Source: the human T2T-CHM13v2.0 reference genome, Homo sapiens. Taken from it: DNA of 64,000 nt. Positions within the stretch are counted from its first letter, which is position 1; every line of letters starts with the position of its first letter. A program made the position numbers and the translations under genes. Positions 16,915 to 29,572 of the stretch are shown here, in pieces. Location: NCBI RefSeq assembly GCF_009914755.1, contig NC_060932.1; one strand, 5' to 3'. The notes below the pieces were generated by a model, which worked only from the letters and a program-made list of their open reading frames with translations, was not told where the DNA came from and did not search any database.

Positions 16915-17300
16915 TCACTTACAGCAAGCTGCACAGTTCAACCTTAGCCTTCAGGACTGTAATTTGTAAGAGGGCGCTGTGTGAAATCCAGTGAGTGGTG
17001 TCATTCCTCAAGGGGAAATTATGTTGTCTCTTAGCTCTCTGCTGGTACATTACAGCAGGGCGGTTGGTCCTACCTTTGCCAGTAGGTCTGGCTGTGAGAT
17101 ACGACAACTGATACGCAGTTTGGCAACTGGTAAAAGCTGTTTGCTTTTTACCAGACAAGACACTGTTATTTTATTTTCATTAAACATGGCTTTTTTGGAT
17201 ACATATGACTCATGTGACATTAGATCACAGCATTTTTGTTTTTATTATTAATATATTGCCTTAGAACTACATTGCTAAACCTGGTCTTTGTATCTGCGAA
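16915..17300. promoter_or_regulatory. Candidate enhancer/promoter island
   Basis: Non-repetitive, several retained CpGs; MYB-type, AP-1, M-box and half CTCF motifs (see findings). Confidence 0.4.
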
Positions 17301-17432
17301 GTTCTAACATCTTGCCACAGCTTAGTTAGCTTTGAGAGGGAAAGGGTAGAATCCATTTAAGGAGACAGGTTAAAAAATGATATATTTAAGCATATAGGCA
17401 ATGGTAGCACATGATTACCAAAACATAATTAG

Positions 17433-17629
17433 CCTTTTCTTTCTTGCTTTTTCATTTTCTTTCTTTCCTTCTTCATTTTCTTCTTTCTTTCTTTTCTTTC
17501 TTTCTTTTTTCTCTTTCTTCTTTCTTTCTCTCTCTTCTTTCTTTCCCTTCCTTCCTCCCTCCCTCCCTCCTTTCTTTCTTTCTTTTTCTTTTCTTTTCTT
17601 TTTTCTTTTCTTTCTTTCTTTCTTTTTCT

Positions 17630-17699
<70 letters not shown>

Positions 17700-17876
17700 C
17701 TTCCTTCCTTCCTTCCTTCCTTCCTTCCTTCCTTCCTTCTGTCTCTCTCTCTCTCTTCGTTTTCTTCCTTTTCTTTCCCTCTCTCCCTTCCTTCCCTCCT
17801 CTCTTTCCTTCCTTCCTCCCTCCCTCCCTCCTTTCTCCTTCCTTCCTTCCTTCCTTCCTTCTTTCTTTCTCTCTCA
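17433..17876 (+). repeat. ~445-bp polypyrimidine complex microsatellite with (CTTT)16 and (TTCC)9
   Basis: Almost pure C/T; (cttt)16 at 17631-17694, (ttcc)9 at 17701-17736. Confidence 0.98.
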
Positions 17877-18258
17877 AACAGCTCTGAGCTTAATTCAAAT
17901 AGATGCAAAATCTTTTCTGTGTCAGGGTCTTTGAACCGTTTTGATGAAGCACTTTCCCCCAAGGTCTTTATATGATTGACTCATTCACCTTCGAGACATT
18001 GAAGAAAAGAGGCCTTCCTGACTATCTGGGCATGATTTTGCAAAACCCCTTTATTCTTTATTTCATTTTAAAAGAAATTGGCACTGTTTCTCTTCTAGGT
18101 ACCTACTATGTTTTTAAAAGTTTACTTTTTATTTCCCATTTTCTTCTCACTTCTCACTTCCTGGGATCACCAGACTTGCAAGTGTCACAAAAGACAGGGA
18201 CTAGAGTTGTTTTATTCAGGCATATGTGTCTAGAAATGTAGACATGTATATATATAAT

Positions 18259-18869
18259 GAGATTTGTCATCACTAATGATAACATCATCAGTTCATCTAA
18301 CAAATATTTTTTGAACACCCAATCTATGTAAAATAGTATCTATTTTATATATACTATAATATATATGCTATTATATGTAATAAACATTATATATACTATA
18401 TATATTATAAAATAGAGAATTGATTTGTCATTGCCAATGATAACATCATCAATTCATCTATCAAATATTTTTTGAACACCCAATCTGTGTAAAATAGTAT
18501 GTCTTATATATACTGTTGTATATATAACAAATAGTATATATGTATACTATATATAATATGATATGTATACTATATATAATAGTATATGTGATATTATACT
18601 ATATATAATATGATATGTGATATGTATACTATATATAATAGTATATATACTATTTATTATAGTATAATAAATTATAAATTAAATAATACAAGATAAATAG
18701 TATATATGTATACTGTATATTATACATATATATAATAGTATATATACTATTTATTGTATATATAAAAGTATATATAAGATATATGCTGTTTTACACAGAT
18801 TGGGTGTTCAAAAAATATGTGATAGATGAACTGATGATGTTGTCATTAGTGATGACAGATCTAATTCTC
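18259..18869. repeat. Direct + inverted triplication around AT-rich low-complexity core
   Basis: Unit at 18261-18355 and 18415-18541 (direct), reverse complement at 18738-18869. Confidence 0.93.
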
Positions 18870-18959
18870 AATTTTTCCAATCCTTCCCATTTTCATAAAC
18901 CTAATACAAGCTAAATAATTTTTACTGTCTATGCTTATTGGTATTATCATGGATGCAAA

Positions 18960-19817
18960 CGTGGGGTATCCTCAGTAAAACAGATTTACTATTATTGTCT
19001 AGAGCAGTATGCTTATCCGTGGTTAAGTTCTTCTTCCTTCTGGGGTAAAGTGATGAGAGCCGGATGGACCACAAATGGGATTTCTTGCATCACAAGAGAG
19101 GAACCCCCAAATTATGAGTTTGGGAGCTTATGCACACACTGCCCCCTCCCCTCCTGAGAGAGGAATAGAAACTTAATTACTCTGTTGTAGAAAAAACCTT
19201 CTTGGGAAGAGAAGGGGAAGTTCCCTGGGTACTCATCGTTTGAAATATTAACCTAATCTCCAAAGAGAAGATAAACCCCTCTGGGCTGCAACCCTGGAAT
19301 GTTTTCTTGGTTCCAGGTTTTATCTCCTTTTGAAATGTAAATACAACTGTTCCTAAGTATTTGTGGGGGATTGGTTCCAGGACTTCTGGTGGATACCAAA
19401 ATCTTTAGATGCTCAAGTCCTTTATATATTATAGTGTTATATTAGCATCTAACCTATGTATATGCTCCTGTATACTTTAAGTCATTTCTAGTTTATTTAT
19501 AATACCTAATACAATATAAATGATATATAAATAATTGTTATACTGTATTGTTTAGGGAATAATGACAAGAAAAAGAGTCCATACATGTTCAGTGCACACA
19601 GTTTTTCCCCAAATATTGTCAATCCACGCTGATTGAATCCACGGATGTAGAACCCATGGATATGAAGGGCTGATTGTATATACCTCCGTGGACACAAATC
19701 ACTTTCCTGAGTTTGCTCATGATCCATTCTGTCTTCATTTAGCCTCCAAGATTTGTCCTTTAATGTAAATTCCAGTAAAATTTACTCAGAAACCCCAAAC
19801 CATGCAGAAACATGACA
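18960..19817 (-). mobile_element. Old ERVL-type LTR (MER73/MER74-like) interrupted by MER2
   Basis: Reverse strand starts tgtcatgtttctgcatggtttggggtttctgagtaaa; family recalled from memory. Confidence 0.5.
19344..19676 (+). mobile_element. MER2 full length
   Basis: TA-flanked, degenerate TIRs, homologous to the copy at 125-826. Confidence 0.92.
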
Positions 19818-19939
19818 ATATTGACTTCTAGACAAGTAGTTGCAGACATCTAATACTGCTTCTGCTCTTCACTATGGTGATTATTCACACTGCCCCTTCA
19901 GATCTTGTTATGTAATATTTTGTAAAGGGGTACATACAT

Positions 19940-20118
19940 TGCTACAGCACGTGTTTATTTTAAAAATATTTTGACAACTGTATTGCAATATAACTAGTTT
20001 CTTTGTAACCAAATGTGTTTCATTTTGTGAATTTAAAAGAATATTCTGAGAGGGTGTTCATAGGCTTTGCCAGACTGTCAGTGGTATCCATGATGCAAAA
20101 ATAGATAACAACCTCTGG
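19940..20118. mobile_element. Charlie4a-like hAT end fragment
   Basis: attctgagagggtgttcataggctttgccagactg...aacctctg. Confidence 0.65.
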
Positions 20119-21459
20119 TCTAAGTATTAGAAATTATGTCTGTGGATTATATTGATCAACATCTATTTCACACATCCAAGACTCTACCTGCCACTAACAA
20201 ATACAGTGTTTGCAGGTTATTATAGATTTCTGAATTAGCACTTAAAATCTTTAAACTTCCCTCTTATATTGTTTTATACTCCTAAGAATTCTTCATCCCA
20301 TAAGATGAGAGTCAGCATCTACTGACTTCTTGGATCCTTCTCCTTTTGAGGGGTCAACTGCATTCTACTCACAGCAGCTGCAGTATCTTCATCAGCAGGT
20401 CAAATAGGCACTACAGGCACACACATTTGGTTTGGGTCCTTAAGAGGAATTCTATGCTTTGTGGATGACCTTGGCAATGCTGCAGATGAACCTCCTGAAA
20501 ACAAATTGAACAACACATTGTTTGATCTATACCCTTGTTTGCCCTTGGGCTCTGGCCTCTGAATGGTGCTGCTGATGAGTACCATTTTCAATGTCTCACA
20601 TAATATTATTCCGTTGTTACTTGGTCTAGAAAGTACTTATGATTAACCTTAGCCTTGTTTAAATTGGAATATGAAGACAAATGATGGTTCATTTAGCTGG
20701 GGTGGGATTTAACCAGAAGTATTCTGTAGCCACATGTCATAACTCACCAAATACATTTTTTAAAACCAGACATTAAAAGGTTAACTGTGGTTGTATGGGA
20801 CAAAGTGGAAGGAGACAGAAAGTGGTACTTGATGGATGGCAGGAATAAAGCAATTACCCTTATCTGATGAAAAGACTGGGAGGAAGCGGGGCAAACTGTA
20901 GCAGTTGGAATATCAGAAACTGCAATATCAGAAACTAAAGTGCAGTTTCTTTGAATCAGAAAAGAAAGTTGAGTATTTTGGATTTTGATTAAAAGTGGAG
21001 ATCCATTTGAGCCTTTGAGTGAAGAGTGACATAAGAGAACCTCTACTATGTGGAAGATACAAACTTATCATTGGTCAAGTGTTAGCTAACAATTCCTATC
21101 TCTAGGATGATGGTGAAGCCTGTAGGTAGAATGTTTCTATGTTTAGAGGATTGCTTCTACCTTGGTATATATATCCTCCTTTTATTTCCTCTTCTTTAAT
21201 TATCTCAATTATATGTCTTTCTGAGAAGTGACTTCAGACCTTAACCCATTTCCTCCATTTCCAGTGCTGCAGTCTGATTTGCATCCTGCACTGTTCTTCC
21301 TCATTGGCGACTTTTTACTCTAAAATTTGATATGTTAATTATTGAAATCCTAGGCTCTGCAGTTGTTCCTAGTTCTGCTAGCTTAGATATACATGAATAT
21401 TGCATATAGGCATGCATGCATGTGCACACACACATAACTTAGTTTACTGACTATACATA

Positions 21460-21790
21460 TTTTTTAAACTTTCAGATTTTGAAATAATATTAGATTTACA
21501 TAAAAGTGCAAACATAGTGCAAATGGTTTCCATATACCTTTTAACTGGCTTCTCCTAATGTTAACATTTTATGTAACTATGATACATTTATCAAAATGGA
21601 GAAATTATCATTCATACAATATAGTACTGGTAACTAAAGTGCAGACTAATCTTTTACCAGTTTTTCTACTAATCAAACAAGAAGGTTGAGTATTTTGGAT
21701 TTTATTTGATTAAAAGTGGAGATTCATTTGAATCTTTGAATAAAGAGCTTCTGTTTTAGGATCCAGTCCGGGATACAACATTGCATTTAG
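21460..21790 (-). mobile_element. L1MC4/5-like 3' end fragment with internal insertion
   Basis: ttttgaaataatattagatttaca...tctcctaatgttaacat...ggatacaacattgcatttag. Confidence 0.8.
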
Positions 21791-22271
21791 AACAACTGTG
21801 TTTTCAATGCTCTTGCTATCAATATTTGCAATTCTGTGTATTATAGTTATAGCTAGAAATGTAACATTCTTGTAGAACTGTTCCACGTTACTTTTCTTGA
21901 ATACTGATTGCTTTATTTCTGGAAGAAGTTTCAGGAATGGGAGTGTAGTTGTAAAATGATAATGTCTCTTAGATTGAATGCTGGCTAGAAGAGCCTTTTT
22001 CTAATACTTAGATATCTTTCTTTCTATTACATCTATGACATTGTTTTTCTCTTTTTGAACAGACATCTTCTTGATTTCTTGCCATAAAATGCTGTCATGT
22101 TCTCAGGCCTTTGTTTTTATTGTTAACTTTTTCATGTTGGTTACATAGGAAATACATACAAAATAACTGCCCCATTATTTTAAGTCTTTTCTGTGTTGCC
22201 CTTACTCACTCCACCCAGAAATGATAGAACTCTATCCTGATGGCACTTGGCTTACTTTGAGCTTAGACCTA

Positions 22272-22758
22272 TGTGGTAGATTGTTATAACCATGGCCTCT
22301 TATAAATCACCCTTCTTTGCATCCGTACCTGTGTGTGGCCTCTTCTTACATGGACTGTGGACTTGGTCATGTGATGTGGTTTGGCCAATGGGACTCAGCA
22401 AATGTGCTGCAAACAGAGGCCAGAAAAATGCTTGTACAAAAGGCTTTTTCCTCCTGGAATGCTGTTGCCTTGTGAAGAAGCCTGTATTGGCCTGATCAAG
22501 ATATGTGATCCAGCTGACAGCCAGAATCAACTTCCAGATGGGTGAACGAGGCCGTGTGATGCCAGTGCGTCCTATGTGAGTTACATCTCATGGTAGCCAT
22601 ATATGTGATCCCAGGTGAAACCAGCATAGAAAATGCTCAGCTGAGCTCAACCCGGCCCAATTTCCTGACCCATAGAATTGTGATAAAATAAAATCTGCTT
22701 TTTATTAAGCTGCCAATTTTTGGGATAGTTTGTTATACAACAACTGATAACTGGTAGA
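22272..22758 (+). mobile_element. MLT1G/H-type MaLR LTR
   Basis: tgtggtagattg...tttggccaatgggac...cctgacccatagaattgtga...gataactg. Confidence 0.8.
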
Positions 22759-23437
22759 ACCTATAAAAGCTTATGACACATGACTCAATGGTGGATACAT
22801 GAGTCTCAGAAGTATTAGTTTTCCTTGGGCAATCATTTCTTTTGTTATAAAAATGCTTTATTCATTCCAGTTCTATCCTAAAACAGACAATCTTTGATAC
22901 TCTTTCCAGCCCAATTTATCAATGATTTATTGTCTTTGTACCCTGAGAGGCTTTTTTTGAAGTATAGGTTATTACTGAAAAATTAAATAAACAAACACAT
23001 TTGCTAAGAAATGAGATAAAAATGTAGACTGTTACTCAGGCAGTCTGTACTCAATTTTTCTGTTCAGTGCTCATCAAGAAGAAAATAGTAAGAAACTGGG
23101 TGGAACATGGGTAAACAGATATGTACTTTTCTCTCCACAATCCTTTTGTAAGGTAACTTGAATTTTGTGCCTTGTGCATATATTACCTTTTGCATATATT
23201 ACCTATTAATTTTTAAAAATAATTTTAAAATTTAGTTCACATTATAAAATAATTTTAAAAGCTCTATCCTTGACAATATCCAAGAATATTTTTAAGAAAT
23301 GTTTTTAAGAATGTTTTCCTGAAATTTTAGCTGCCTTCTAAATCCCCAGAGACAACAGTACCTAAAGATCAAATCAATATTTGTCATTGTTTCAGTTGTA
23401 TGGTCTTTCAGTTTTCCTAAAGAATGGTCACCCAGAA

Positions 23438-23593
23438 GTTGGGAGCAGTGGCTCACACTTGTAATACCAGAACTTCAGGAAGCCGACATAGGAGGATTAC
23501 TTGAGGCCAGGAGCTCAAGACCAGCCTGGGCCACATAGTGAGACCCCATTGCTAACAACAACAACAACAACAATAACAACAACAACAACAAAA
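23438..23593 (+). mobile_element. FLAM_C monomer with (AAC)n tail
   Basis: Single Alu arm followed by aacaacaac... Confidence 0.85.
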
Positions 23594-23784
23594 GTACAGT
23601 CACCTAGGAAGAAAAATGAAAAAATCATCATGATCTTTGAAGAGATGTTGCTCTAAAACAACAGTGAAATACAATGGTGGTGTCCCCGACCATCACAGGA
23701 GAACCAGAGTAACCCTTAAATGTGTAGGTGGAAAGGGTGTCCACATTTTACATGAAATGTCATCTCAGAAGTTTTTCTTGATTG

Positions 23785-23951
23785 TTTTGTTTTTTTTTTT
23801 TTCTTTTGAGACGGAGTCTTGCTCTGTTGCCCAGGCAGAGCAGTGTCATGATCTCGGCCCCCTGCAACCTCTGCCTCCCAGATTCAAGTGATTCTTCTGC
23901 CTCAGCCTCCTGAGTAGCTGGGACTACGGGCGTATGCCACCACACCCGGCT

Positions 23952-23989
<38 letters not shown>

Positions 23990-24108
23990 TAGAGACAGGG
24001 TTTCACCATGTTGGCCAGGCTGGGTTTGAACTCCTGACCTCAAGTAATCCACCCACCTCGGCCTCCCAAAGTGCTGAGATTACAGACATGAGCCACCCAT
24101 GCCTGGCC
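23785..24108 (-). mobile_element. AluS with expanded central A tract
   Basis: Dimer; ~34-nt T run at 23954-23987. Confidence 0.95.
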
Positions 24109-24154
24109 CAGAGGTTTGTTTTGTTAAGAAAGCTACAAATAAATAAAAGTCTAA

Positions 24155-24650
24155 CATTAGGTATATCTCCTAATGCTATCCCTCCCCCCCTCCCCCGACC
24201 CCACAACAGGCCCCGGTGTGTGATGTTCCCCTTCCTGTGTCCAAGTGTTCTCGTTGTTCAATTCCCACCTATGAGTGAGAACATGCGGTGTTTGGTTTTT
24301 TGTCCTTGCGATAGTTTGCTGAGAATGATGGTTTCCAGCTTCATCCATGTCCCTACAAAAGACATGAACTCATCATTTTTTATGGCTGCATAGTATTCCA
24401 TGGTGTATATGTGCCACATTTTCTTAATCCAATCTATCATTGTTGGACATTTGGGTTGGTTCCAAGTCTTTGCTATTGTGAATAGTGCTGCAATAAGCAT
24501 ACATGTGCATGTGTCTTTATGGCAGCATGATTTATAATCCTTTGGGTATATACCCAGTAATGGGATGGCTGGATCAAATGGTATTTCTAGTTCTAGATCC
24601 CTGAGGAATAGAACTTAAAGTATAATAAAAAATATATATATAATAAAAAA
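24155..24650 (+). mobile_element. L1PA (PA3-PA5) twin-primed insertion; 24155-24609 inverted, 24610-24650 forward tail
   Basis: Track ORF 24258-24500 is the ORF2 C-terminus (IAALFTIAKTWNQPKCP...); forward agaacttaaagtataataaaaa; TSD aaaagtctaa. Confidence 0.92.
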
Positions 24651-24737
24651 GTCTAAGAGACAAATGGCTAATTATAGTGATTTATTCTTCTACAAACAAG
24701 AATGAAAAATTCACCCTTCAAAATAGTATATGTAATA

Positions 24738-25120
24738 TTATTAATTTGTTAAGGCTGCTATAACAAAATACTACAGACAGGGAAGGTTAAACAGCAGATA
24801 TTTGTTTGCTCATAGGTCTGGAGGTGGGAAGTCTGAAATCAATGTGTCAACAGGGTTGATTTCTTCAAAGAGTCCCTCTCCTTGGTTTGTGATGGCCATC
24901 TTCAGATGTCTTCACATGGTCTTCCTTCTGCAAGTGTCTGTGTCCTAATCTTCTCTTCTTATAAGGACACCAGTCATATTGGGTTAGGACCCACCCATAA
25001 GGCCTCATTTAACTTAATTACCCTTTAACGGCCCTATTTACAAATACAGTCATACTTTGAAGTACTGGGGGTGTGGATTCCAACACATGAGTTTTGAGGG
25101 GATGCAATTCAGCCCATAGC
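24738..25120 (-). mobile_element. MLT1A0-like MaLR LTR
   Basis: ggctgctataacaaaatac...cttataaggacaccagtcatattgg...aattcagcccatagca. Confidence 0.88.
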
Positions 25121-25139
25121 ATGTGGTAATGTAGAATGT

Positions 25140-27106
<1,967 letters not shown>

Positions 27107-27139
27107 TCAAAATTCTTTATAATAAAAATGGTAAAATAA

Positions 27140-27380
27140 GCGTGCTAGTTCTAGAGTTTATCCACCTGGATTTGAATTTTGTACCACCACTTAGTAAATA
27201 CGTGATTGTGGGAAAATAATTTCACCTTTCTGTTTTATAATCAGAAAAGTGGGGCTCATAGTATTATTACCTCATAGGATTCTTGAGGCAGTTAAATGAA
27301 ATGTTTTGTGTGAAGTATTTGGAGCACATTTTGTCACACGGTAAGCAACAATAAATTTTAGTCATTGTCATGCCTATTAT
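27140..27380 (+). mobile_element. MIR
   Basis: cctggatttgaat...acctcataggatt...ttaaatga...gtaagcaacaataaat. Confidence 0.7.
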
Positions 27381-28239
27381 TATTTTCTCTAAACTTTAAT
27401 ATATGAATACTGGAAGATAGAGGGTCTCTCTCTCCCTCTGAGATCATGAGCTACGAGAATAAGTTGGAACTATTGGTGGCCATTTTTCCTTTGGAGGGTG
27501 CATAACTCACAGGAAAGCAGGGACCCTGGTGGGCATTTCTGTTGCAATATCCCTTAGGGCCTTGGATTCAGCCATTCCTCAAGGTATTTTACCCTTGGAT
27601 TTCTCACTTGCTGAGTCAATAATCTTTAAGCTAGTTTGAGATGTATTTCTAGCACTAGCAAGTAAATTTTTTTTTTCTGGTCATTCACTCATTCTAACAT
27701 ACAATAGTGCTGTTACCCTTTACCTAAAGCACATTTATGCTTATAATATTTGTCACTTAAACTCTGTATAAGCTTCCCAGTATTTAGTAAATAAAACCCA
27801 ACTTCCTCAGTTTGGTATTTGGTTTTGGCGTAGTCCAAATCTTCTTCTCTAGAGTAATGTTCCACTCTGCCTGTATCCCTATCATCCCATCTTCTGGATG
27901 GGCTGGAGGGTGTGTTCCTTGACCAGGTTCTTGACTGAGCTGCTCCTGTGCTTCCATGAATGGCTGCATCTCATCTGGACTGGGATTCCATCAGCGCCTT
28001 CCCTGGCCATTTAATAGATGGACTCGCCATCCTTCAAGGCCTTGTGCAAATGTCAACTTTCTAAAAATTCGCTTTATTGGAGCTGGAAGGGACTATCCTA
28101 CTTTCTCTAGCCCTTTGTTTTGCTCCTTCTATAGCACTTGTCACTGATATGTTGGTATCAATATTATTGTTAATTTAAAAACTGTGATATTAAATTTTTT
28201 ATGAGATCATTGGTTCTTTTGTACTTGGAATAAAATCTT

Positions 28240-28770
28240 ATTACTATTATGTATAAAGCCTCACATGATCTGGCTCCTTCCAGCTTTTCTGACATCATAT
28301 CTTATGATTGTCCCCTAGTCCAATAGGCTTCAGCCACTTAGGCAATTATATTCTTCAGTAAACTCAGCTTTCCTTGCCACTAATCAGCTGTCCCATTTGT
28401 CTGCAAGGCTCTGCTTCCAGATCCTTCCGTGGTTGGTGCCTGCTCATTATTTAGGCTCTAGTGCTAAGGTCTTTTCTCAGAGGAGCCTTTCCTGATCATC
28501 CTATCTAAATTAGCCCTTACCTCCCCTCTAGAATCTCTATCCCATTATCTTATACTATTTTCTTTATAAAACTTACAACTGTATTAAATTGCCGTATTTA
28601 CTGGTTTACTCCTTGAATGTCTGTTTCTGCCCCCTTCCCTTCCTAACTCCACAACATTAAAAGTTCCACGAGGGCAGGGATCATTTGGTCTTGTTTAATA
28701 CTACATTTCCATGACCTGGAATAAGGATTAGCACATGGTCAATGTTTCATAAATATTTGTTAGATGAACA
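28240..28770 (+). mobile_element. L2 3' region
   Basis: aaagcctcacatgatctggc...agttccacgagggcaggga...aaatatttgttagatgaa. Confidence 0.8.
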
Positions 28771-28984
28771 TTTTCTAACCTGTTTACTAGATTATCTGTA
28801 CTACAAAGGCACAGGAGCTCATTATCAAGTATCTTACTTTTTGCATAGTCTATGCACACAGTAAATATTTGATGAATGAACAATTTCATCCTATTATGTT
28901 GAACCATAGGGAATTGTCTTTTTTTTAATGTCAAAATGATTAAATATTGGGAATTGCCTATGGTTCAACCTGGTATCTTCAACT

Positions 28985-29572
28985 GTTTTTTCAAAGAATT
29001 AAACTTGCCTAGAGAGAGTTCTGGCATTTCCTTTGGCTATCGGGAGGTGATCTCTAGGTGCCTGGAAGGGATGTGCCACATCCCGAAGAGAGTAGAGGCA
29101 CTAGCCCAGACCTTCAGGAGGGTATGGTAAAGGTCAGCCACACAGGATGTATGTGATCAACCCCAATAAAAACTTTGGATACTGAAGGCCTGGTGAGCTT
29201 CCTGGATTGGCAATACTCTGTGTGTACTGTCAGACATTGACACTGGAGAACTGTGCAGTCTGTGGCTCCATGGGGAAGGAAGGGATGACTAGTAGTTCTG
29301 CATTTGGAAACTTCCCAGATTCTTCCTCCTATGCATTTCTTCCTTAGGCTGGTACTAATTTGTACCTTTGCCTACAGTAAACATGGCAGTGAATCTTATA
29401 GCTTTCACTGAGTCATTCTAGCAAATTATTAAACCTGAGGATGGTCTGAATTTGTAGCCAGTTGGTATGAAGTGATGGTGGCCCTGGGAACCCACTGGGG
29501 TTCCCACTCTGAAGTGACAGCAGTCTTCTGGGGACTGTTCCCTCAGACTGTGCAGTTCATGTAAGTTCTTGC
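28985..29572 (+). mobile_element. MER77/MER21-family LTR
   Basis: aaagaattaaacttgcc...ccccaataaaaactttgga...gagcttcctggattggcaatact...gagtcattctagcaaattat. Confidence 0.7.

Noticed and set aside
17030-17260. H/ACA snoRNA or pre-miRNA reading of the hairpin island
   Set aside because: An ANANNA box exists near 17153-17160, but there is no convincing second hairpin with ACA and no long miRNA-type stem
16344-17876. Identification as named forensic STR loci
   Set aside because: The flanks do not match any locus I can recall reliably
17401-17962. Longest ORFs (134-177 aa; F/S/L-rich or K/E/R-rich)
   Set aside because: Translations of the stop-free C/T microsatellite
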